NCBI GenBank assembly: GCA_964619725.1
Contig: CAZUFC010000011.1
Coordinates: forward strand, 89,537 to 113,098
Source: an uncultured bacterium
GTDB taxonomy: Bacteria > CSSED10-310 > CAZUFC01
DNA: 23,562 nucleotides
Direction of reading: 5' to 3'
A program made the position numbers and the translations under genes. A model generated the notes under the pieces. That model was not told the origin of the DNA and searched no databases. It saw only the letters and a program-made list of their open reading frames with translations. Every line of letters begins with the position of its first letter. Position 1 is the first letter of the stretch. Positions 17,401 through 23,562 of this stretch are shown here, in pieces.

Positions 17401-17973
17401 CTATTCTTCGGGCTTCAAAAGCTTGTCTATCTCTTTGATCAATGTCGACCTGTTCTTATGCGCAATCTCGTAGGATCGCGTGAACTTCAAATCATCAAGC
17501 GTCATCTCCTGCAATCGCGACTGTATCTTTACCACGCTTAACTCATCATAGTCCGGAATCGGCGGCTTCACTATGTCCTTGAATATCGGCAGCCTGTTCC
17601 ATATCCGCATCTCCTCGGGCACCACATTGCATACGTCCCGCATCGCCGCCTGAAACGCCTCGTTGATCTTGTCATACGTCTCCGGTATTCCCGTCTTCTC
17701 CCACGTATCGTTGAATCGGTCATGAACCTGCTTCATACCGCTCTTCTCATATATCTCATTCAACATCGGAAAATCCTGCTGCTCCCAATACTCATTACCC
17801 GTCTTCACCAGATAATCAAACGTATCCTTTACCTGCTTCTGTACCATCCCTATCTTCTTCATACCACGTTTCCTCAACTCATTGACGTCAAAATCAATGT
17901 GAATATCTTTCATTTCTATTACCTCCGTTTCATTCACAAACATTACTGCTTGTTGTTGGTTTTTTTTGCTCAC
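17401..17973 (-). CDS. Hypothetical protein, phasin/granule-associated-like, with small C-terminal helical domain
   Basis: GTG start with an AGGAG RBS. Amphipathic segment TFDYLVKTG and C-terminal PIPDYDELSV..I..RL.....DL....YE..HKNR.TL module. Confidence 0.65.
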   Translation of the reverse strand: MSKKNQQQAVMFVNETEVIEMKDIHIDFDVNELRKRGMKKIGMVQKQVKDTFDYLVKTGNEYWEQQDFPMLNEIYEKSGMKQVHDRFNDTWEKTGIPETYDKINEAFQAAMRDVCNVVPEEMRIWNRLPIFKDIVKPPIPDYDELSVVKIQSRLQEMTLDDLKFTRSYEIAHKNRSTLIKEIDKLLKPEE

Positions 17974-18033
17974 TAATTTTTGCTCCTACTCTTAAAACTC
18001 CCCCTGGCATTCCTCCTCCATCTTGTCGCTCAT

Positions 18034-18062
18034 AATATAACGCAGTGCGTCAAAATTGTCAA
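18034..18062 (-). promoter_or_regulatory. Putative sigma70 promoter for the phasin-like gene, with a palindrome in the spacer
   Basis: On the minus strand: TTGACA (18062-18057), 17-nt spacer, TATATT (18039-18034). The spacer contains acgca-g-tgcgt (18040-18050). Confidence 0.6.
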
Positions 18063-18211
18063 ATCTTTCTCCGGTGTAAAGCAAAAAATTTCCCAATGAT
18101 CCCAATCGGCAGTTTTTGGAAATAATTGTACAGGCTGCGGCAATCATGGATTGCCGAGGATAAGGGAAGAAGAAATTTGCAAAAATGCTCCGTTTGATCA
18201 GAACGAAAAAT

Positions 18212-18240
18212 TTGAATTCAAAAAAAACTTTCAATATAAT
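18212..18240 (+). promoter_or_regulatory. Putative sigma70 promoter
   Basis: TTGAAT (18212-18217), 17-nt spacer, TATAAT (18235-18240). Confidence 0.5.
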
Positions 18241-18352
18241 TATATTTGTTGATGAGTGAATTGAAGAGGTTGCAGCCTCTGGAATTTGTATCTGATAAAA
18301 ATTAGCGATTAGGAATAAAAGAGTAAATTCAAAGAGATTTGCTGGAGGAACA

Positions 18353-18937
18353 ATGAAAAGGTTTTTAATATTTTTTTGTTTAACTTTGATCTGTGTTATA
18401 CCGTCAGAATCAGCACTGAATAAGACGGTTTCGGAAATCCAGGCGAAACCGCGGGATAAGGCGCCGGGCGTATTTTTGAATACTCCGCGAGGCACATGCG
18501 ATTACCTTTATTCTGATGCACGTTTCACAGTGGGAGCGCCTTTCGGAGAGCCTGTTCATCCGGGCGAACCGGTTGAAATTGTGTCGAGCGGTTTTATTTT
18601 TCATACTTCGGTAGCGGAAGTGGTAGCCTGTTTTTTTAATGACGGGATATTACAGGATGCCGTACCCCAGGAGCACACGATATTCATCAATGACGATCAG
18701 GAGTTGGAGGGTGATATTCCGTCCCTGGATTTCGGCACGGCATATTATGCCGACTCAGTAAAATTTGCAGTCAAAGTATACACGGACGGACCGCCGTTGT
18801 TCAGATTCGGTTCTTACAATGAGCTGTCCGCATTGTATGACCAACCTATCGTGCCGGCTTTGCGGACTGCGGGCATTGCTGTTCTGGCGCTTTTCTTTAC
18901 TGTCGCGTTGATATGGAGAAAACGCCGCCTTGCTTAG
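18353..18937 (+). CDS. Secreted hypothetical protein with IPTL-CTERM-like anchor
   Basis: GGAGGA RBS, signal peptide MKRFLIFFCLTLICVIPSESA, and C-terminus VPALRTAG-IAVLALFFTVALIW-RKRR. Confidence 0.8.
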   Translation: MKRFLIFFCLTLICVIPSESALNKTVSEIQAKPRDKAPGVFLNTPRGTCDYLYSDARFTVGAPFGEPVHPGEPVEIVSSGFIFHTSVAEVVACFFNDGILQDAVPQEHTIFINDDQELEGDIPSLDFGTAYYADSVKFAVKVYTDGPPLFRFGSYNELSALYDQPIVPALRTAGIAVLALFFTVALIWRKRRLA

Positions 18938-19048
18938 ATTCCGCGCATCTCAAGAGTCAAAACGGCAAACAGCCTGCAGCGCGCGGGCATACTCCATCCG
19001 GCAACAAATTTTTTCTTTTATTCGCGGTGAAATTGATGTAGTATCAGG

Positions 19049-19131
19049 CGGTCATGGGAGTGGTCGGATTTCAGACCTGAGAGCATATCCCTTGAACCTG
19101 ATCCGGGTAATGCCGGCGTAGGGAGTGACCG
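19049..19131 (+). ncRNA. TPP riboswitch (THI element)
   Basis: P1 cggtca/tgaccg, GGGAGT...CTGAGA, and CCCTTGAACCTGATCCGGGTAATGCCGGCGTAGGGA core, upstream of thiamine genes. Confidence 0.95.
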
Positions 19132-19154
19132 AAGAGAAAACAGAACGAAATCTG

Positions 19155-19179
19155 ACCGCTTCTTGAAAGCGGTTTTTTT
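19155..19179 (+). terminator. Intrinsic terminator of the riboswitch expression platform
   Basis: Stem accgctt (19155-19161) with aagcggt (19167-19173), followed by a T run to 19179. Confidence 0.85.
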
Positions 19180-19213
19180 ATTTAGGTGAAAATTCGACTC
19201 AAAGGAGGAGCAA

Positions 19214-20017
19214 ATGAACTGGGGCGAAAGAATAACGGAAAAATTATCGTTGATAAGGACGAAGAAGCCGTTGATTCATAATATAACGAACTTCGTGGTA
19301 ATGAACAGCACGGCGAATACGATACTGTCCGTGGGAGCATCTCCCGTGATGTCGCACAGCATTGACGAAGTTGAGGAAATGGTGCAGTTTGCCGGAGCGC
19401 TTTTGTTGAACATAGGCACATTAACGCGGGAATGGGTTGAAGCGATGATTGCTGCGGGCAGTACTGCAAACGCGAAAGGCATCCCGGTCATACTGGACCC
19501 TGTGGGAGCGGGAGCGACCCGTTTACGCACCGAGGCATCAAGGAGTATACTCGAAAGAGTGGATTGCGCTGTTGTGAGAGGAAACGGAGCGGAAGTTCTT
19601 TCTCTGGCAGGTGAAAGTTCCAACATAAGGGGGGTGGACTCGCTCCAGGACGCCGAAGAAGCGGAGGAAGCGGCGAAGAAGTTAGCCCGGGAATTATCGA
19701 CTGTCCTGGCTATAACGGGAAAGACAGACGTGGTAACGGACGGAAACAGGCTGTTCAAGATCAGAAACGGTCATAAAATGATGACTTGCGTAACAGGCAC
19801 GGGTTGCGCCTCCACAGCCGTCATAGGATGTTTTCTGGCGGTTGAACCGGATGCGCTTTACGCTTCGGTCGAGGGACTAGCCTATTTCGGCATGGCAGGC
19901 GAAAGGGCTGCAGAAATTTCCGAGGGTCCGGGAACTTTCCAGGTTTCGCTCTATGATGTATTATACAGCATTGAAACTGAGCGGATTCTGAGCTTAATAA
20001 AGGTAGCCGGCAAATGA
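19214..20017 (+). CDS. thiM: Hydroxyethylthiazole kinase
   Basis: PLIHNITNFVVMN..AN..L..GASPVM, LNIGTL, LDPVGAGAT, RGN..E and VTGTGC motifs. Strong AGGAGG RBS. Confidence 0.95.
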   Translation: MNWGERITEKLSLIRTKKPLIHNITNFVVMNSTANTILSVGASPVMSHSIDEVEEMVQFAGALLLNIGTLTREWVEAMIAAGSTANAKGIPVILDPVGAGATRLRTEASRSILERVDCAVVRGNGAEVLSLAGESSNIRGVDSLQDAEEAEEAAKKLARELSTVLAITGKTDVVTDGNRLFKIRNGHKMMTCVTGTGCASTAVIGCFLAVEPDALYASVEGLAYFGMAGERAAEISEGPGTFQVSLYDVLYSIETERILSLIKVAGK

Positions 20018-20655
20018 AAACGATCGATTACAGTTTATATGTGGTGACGGACAAGCAGCTCTCTCTGGGTCGCAACGATGAGTATATAGTGGAAGAAGCT
20101 TTGAAAGGCGGCGCGGGAGTAATTCAGTATCGCGAGAAAACCGGTTCATTCAGAAAGATGGCGGAAGAATGCCGGCGACTGAAAGCGCTGACCGCTGCCT
20201 ACGGGCGCATATTTCTGGTTAATGATCGGGTCGATCTCGCCTATGAATCGGATGCTGACGGCGTTCACCTGGGTCAGGACGATATGCCCCCGGCAAGCGC
20301 CCGGCGCCTGCTGGGCCCGGAAAAAGTAATCGGTCTGTCGGTTCAGACTGTCGATCAGGCGGTGGAGGGCAAAAAAGCCGGCGTTGATTACCTGGCTGTT
20401 TCAGGCGTATTTCCGACAAAGACGAAACTGGATGTCGGAGCTGTGCTGGGTTTGGATTTTATTGAAGAAATCGTCAATATTGCAGGCGCCGTGCCTGTAA
20501 TCGCCATCGGCGGCATAAACAGAAACAATGCATCAGAAATAATTCGAAGGGGCGCCGCAGGCGTAGCCGTAGTATCAGCGGTCGTATCGGCCGTTGATAT
20601 CCGCAAAGCCTGTAAGGAATTATTGGAAGCCGTCAAAAAAGGAAAAGAAAAATGA
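20014..20655 (+). CDS. thiE: Thiamine-phosphate synthase
   Basis: LYVVTD, IQYREK, VNDRVD, DGVHLGQDD, PTKTK and IAIGGI motifs. ATGA-type overlap with thiM. Confidence 0.95.
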   Translation: MKTIDYSLYVVTDKQLSLGRNDEYIVEEALKGGAGVIQYREKTGSFRKMAEECRRLKALTAAYGRIFLVNDRVDLAYESDADGVHLGQDDMPPASARRLLGPEKVIGLSVQTVDQAVEGKKAGVDYLAVSGVFPTKTKLDVGAVLGLDFIEEIVNIAGAVPVIAIGGINRNNASEIIRRGAAGVAVVSAVVSAVDIRKACKELLEAVKKGKEK

Positions 20656-21674
20656 AACTTGAAGACCTGGGCGAATTCGGCCTCATTGATCGGATCAAAC
20701 CTCTCTTTATCCCCCTCACGGACGACATTATCGGCATAGGAGACGATTGTGCGGTGATCCGCAGAAAAGAAGGCCCGGCCTGGCTGGTTACCGCCGATCT
20801 CCTCGTCGAAAGAGTTCATTTTATCCGCAAGTATATTTCTCCGTTTGACCTGGGCAGAAAATCGACTGCCGTCAACTTGAGCGATATCGCAGCCATGGGC
20901 GGAAAACCAGTATACGCCGTTCTCTCGATCGCCATTGCTCCCGGAATCGATCTGCCGTTTATGGACCAATTTTATGAAGGCGTCAGAACGATTTGCAGGG
21001 AATTCGAAGTTTCTTTGATCGGCGGAGATACCACTTCCTCAAAAAACGACCTGGCGATCAATATCACCGTTATCGGTGAAGTCGAATATGAAAATATCCT
21101 ATTTCGTTCAGGAGCTGAACCGGGCGACAGGATTTACGTTACCGGCGTCCTGGGCGATTCTGCCGCAGGACTCCATCTGCTCGGCGCCGGGTATACCCGC
21201 GAATCAAAAAAACTGGACTATTTCGATAAACTTGAACAAGCCCACAACAATCCCCGGCCGCACTGCAGAGAAGGATACCTGCTGGCGAAATCGGGCCTGG
21301 CTCACAGCATGATCGACATCAGCGACGGAACGGCCGGCGACATGATGCATATCTGTGAAAGAAGCGGCGTGGGAGCGCGCCTCTATGCCGACCGGATGCC
21401 TCTTTCCGATGAATGCAAAAAAGCGGCGGAGCTTCTTAACCAGGACCCCACAGAATGGGCATTGAGGGGCGGTGAAGATTATTGCCTGATTTTTACCGCT
21501 GATCCGGATAATGAAAATACAATTCGCAATATCCTGAAAAAGCGCTCCAAAACCTCTCATGCCGTGTTCGCCATTGGAGAGGTAACAGAGGACAAACGTT
21601 GCCTTATCATTCGCAGCAACGGAGATGAACAGGAAATTAAGAAAGGCGGGTGGATACATTTCCAGTCTCACTGA
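20652..21674 (+). CDS. thiL: Thiamine-monophosphate kinase
   Basis: GEFGLI, GIGDDCA, VNLSDIAAMGG, GGDT, IDISDG, GGEDY and terminal GW.HF motifs. Confidence 0.95.
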   Translation: MKLEDLGEFGLIDRIKPLFIPLTDDIIGIGDDCAVIRRKEGPAWLVTADLLVERVHFIRKYISPFDLGRKSTAVNLSDIAAMGGKPVYAVLSIAIAPGIDLPFMDQFYEGVRTICREFEVSLIGGDTTSSKNDLAINITVIGEVEYENILFRSGAEPGDRIYVTGVLGDSAAGLHLLGAGYTRESKKLDYFDKLEQAHNNPRPHCREGYLLAKSGLAHSMIDISDGTAGDMMHICERSGVGARLYADRMPLSDECKKAAELLNQDPTEWALRGGEDYCLIFTADPDNENTIRNILKKRSKTSHAVFAIGEVTEDKRCLIIRSNGDEQEIKKGGWIHFQSH

Positions 21675-22473
21675 AAATAATTTCAATGCCTTGACTGTAG
21701 CCGGATGGGACCCATCAGGGAGCGCCGGAGTCCTGGCCGATACTGCCGTTTTTCAATTCTACGGAATTTACGGCTCCTCGGTCATCACCGCAATCACGGT
21801 TCAGAACTCTCAGCAAATCCAGGCCGTTTATCCCCTTCCTTCGAATATTATTATCGAACAAATGGAGATAATCCGGAACGATTTTGTACCGCACGGCATT
21901 AAAATCGGAATGACGGCCAATGCCGAGATCGTTCAAAGTCTTGCAAAAACTCTGAAGAAATGGAATCACCCTTTGATCGTTCTCGATCCCGTCATGAAAG
22001 GGACAAACCCAAAATCCCTGCTGGACCCTGACGGCATCAGACTGCTGAAACAGAATCTTCTGCCCCTCTGTTTCGCCGTCACCCCGAATCTGGAAGAAGC
22101 CGAAATTCTGAGCGGCCTGGATGCCGTCGAAAACGTCGAACAAATGACTCTGGCAGGCAGAAAAATAAGTGAACGAGGCCCCAAGCACGTCATCGTTACC
22201 GGCGGACACCTTCCCCAGGAATCCATCGATGTCCTCGTATCTCAAGATTCAGTCCGTCAATTCAAAGGAAAAAAATACGCTAAAAAACTCCATGGAACAG
22301 GATGCGCCTTCTCCAGCGCACTGCTGTCGGAACTCATCCTGGGACGCCCCATAAAAACCGCAACAAAAAACGCCAAAAATTTCATCGATCTAGCCATAAA
22401 ACGCTCAACACCCCTCGGAAAAAAACTCATCCCTTTGAAAACAGGCATCCTGTCCGCTATGCATAATGAATAA
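21625..22473 (+). CDS. thiD: Hydroxymethylpyrimidine/phosphomethylpyrimidine kinase (start codon uncertain)
   Basis: ALTVAG.DPSG.AG..AD, ITAITVQN, IKIGM, LDPVM, TPNLEEA and HGTGC motifs. The only upstream ATG lies 50 nt inside thiL. Confidence 0.9.
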   Translation: MNRKLRKAGGYISSLTENNFNALTVAGWDPSGSAGVLADTAVFQFYGIYGSSVITAITVQNSQQIQAVYPLPSNIIIEQMEIIRNDFVPHGIKIGMTANAEIVQSLAKTLKKWNHPLIVLDPVMKGTNPKSLLDPDGIRLLKQNLLPLCFAVTPNLEEAEILSGLDAVENVEQMTLAGRKISERGPKHVIVTGGHLPQESIDVLVSQDSVRQFKGKKYAKKLHGTGCAFSSALLSELILGRPIKTATKNAKNFIDLAIKRSTPLGKKLIPLKTGILSAMHNE

Positions 22474-22593
22474 CAAAATACCGATAAATCATTGATTTTA
22501 TAAACTTGATCAGTTAAAGGAAACAATGCTTCCTAAAAACAACCACCAGGAACTGATCAAACCGGGGTTACACTTCTTCCATAACTTTTTACA

Positions 22594-22709
22594 GTTTGTT
22601 TCAGTAATCGGGGTAAGTAATCGGGATCGGGATCGGTATCGCAATCGAAACAAAATGATGGGTGATTCTGTCAGATCGTAACCTTAAAAGACGCATTTTT
22701 GATCAATGC
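22594..22709 (+). repeat. Dispersed intergenic repeat, copy 2
   Basis: gtttgtttc-agtaatc-ggggta-agtaatc-(gggatc)2-ggtatc-gcaatc-gaaacaaaatgatggg...gcatttttgatcaatgc; homologous to 12636-12742. Confidence 0.85.
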
Positions 22710-22804
22710 TAAAAATTTTTTTCGTGAATCTCAACCCACAACGCCCTTTACATTTATGAAAAGGCGCTGATGATCGCCGGGAATGAAGTATGACGCAACA
22801 TTAA

Positions 22805-22833
22805 TTGAACCAGAATGATTTTTCCGTTATAAT
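22805..22833 (+). promoter_or_regulatory. Putative sigma70 promoter
   Basis: TTGAAC (22805-22810), 17-nt spacer, TATAAT (22828-22833), then AAGGAGGA RBS at 22851-22858. Confidence 0.6.
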
Positions 22834-22864
22834 TTAACTCAAAATTCTACAAGGAGGACAAACC

Positions 22865-23500
22865 ATGATGCAAAACGAACTCCGCACTTACGAAATTTAC
22901 GAGGCTGCAAGCAACAGACTGCTGACCGAGATAAACGCTTTCGATACGATGGAAGCTGTTCGGAAGGCCACGACTTCTTATCAGCCCGGAACATTCAAGG
23001 TAATATTGAGAGTTGAAGAAATGCAAAAACATTTACGCACGATCCCGCCTGGACGCCAACCGGCTCTTACCCAATCAGCGGTTCGATCCATGTCGTCTCA
23101 GACACAAAGGCCGACATTGAGTTTCAGCATTATAGACCTGACATCTTTTCATCTCGATCAGGAAAACATTCAAGTCAAACCGTCGCCGGATGATGAAGAA
23201 ACTCTGCTTTTCCAGAACCTGCCTTCGGATTATGCCGGACATAACGTTTACCTGTTGCTGGCCGAAGATGAACCCATCCGCAAATTGCATCCGGAATTGA
23301 ACCCGGACAACGAAGAAGAAATACTCAACGATCTTTTCCGCAGCGGCCGTTTCCTCGATCTGGAAAACACCCTGCTCTATTTCAATGAAAAAGCCATTGA
23401 AAAAAACGATCATTCCGCCGCATTCGAGCTATCCCTGTCAAAACCGATACGCACCGCCATCCGGAACAAAAACGTCCTGACCGCGCTGGTATTAATCTAA
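22865..23500 (+). CDS. Hypothetical cytoplasmic protein
   Basis: 211-aa ORF with a strong RBS and a predicted promoter. No family motif recognised. Confidence 0.7.
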   Translation: MMQNELRTYEIYEAASNRLLTEINAFDTMEAVRKATTSYQPGTFKVILRVEEMQKHLRTIPPGRQPALTQSAVRSMSSQTQRPTLSFSIIDLTSFHLDQENIQVKPSPDDEETLLFQNLPSDYAGHNVYLLLAEDEPIRKLHPELNPDNEEEILNDLFRSGRFLDLENTLLYFNEKAIEKNDHSAAFELSLSKPIRTAIRNKNVLTALVLI

Positions 23501-23502
23501 TT

Positions 23503-23557
23503 AGTGACTGTCCACAAACTCGATTCTCGATTCAAAATTTAATGCTGGACAGCCACT
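23503..23557. repeat. Short inverted repeat (12-bp arms, 1 mismatch)
   Basis: agtgactgtcca (23503-23514) and tggacagccact (23546-23557). Confidence 0.5.
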
Positions 23558-23562
23558 TGGGT

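Noticed and set aside
17992-18495. 167-aa minus-strand ORF across the divergent intergenic region
   Set aside because: It overlaps the better-supported 18353 gene and two predicted promoters, and its F/I/K-rich composition is typical of translated AT-rich non-coding DNA.
3098-22526. Numerous antisense or alternate-frame ORFs inside assigned genes (e.g. 3098-3502, 4460-4954, 19276-19758, 20388-20969, 21715-22245)
   Set aside because: These are shadows of well-conserved genes, with no RBS or family motifs.

Overview
Bacterial chromosomal segment from an apparently uncultured or poorly characterised lineage. It has no rRNA, tRNA, CRISPR array, integrase or transposase. In order it holds: a 5'-truncated Pro/Thr-rich secreted-type protein; a three-gene beta-decarboxylating dehydrogenase plus aconitase large/small subunit operon whose motifs resemble fungal Lys12/Lys4 (homoisocitrate dehydrogenase/homoaconitase); a rubrerythrin-like ferritin; two tandem GT-C-type membrane glycosyltransferases; thioredoxin followed directly by a decapitated PLP aminotransferase remnant; a secreted cutinase/chlorophyllase-like hydrolase; a large gingipain-like (C25) protease; a TrmJ-like methyltransferase; a phasin-like protein; a small secreted protein; a TPP-riboswitch-controlled thiM-thiE-thiL-thiD operon; and an ORFan. 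The most striking pattern is that three unrelated exported proteins end in the same C-terminal signal, [IV]PA[LC]xxxG, then a transmembrane helix and a basic tail. This looks like a variant of the IPTL-CTERM/exosortase sorting signal, carried by enzymes whose homologues often use T9SS-type C-termini, and it lies next to candidate protein glycosyltransferases. Other observations are a dispersed ~110-bp hexamer-array repeat (2 copies), several long inverted repeats, and a sharp local C-to-G strand-skew flip near 18.1 kb. Family assignments come from motif recognition by eye, not from database searches.
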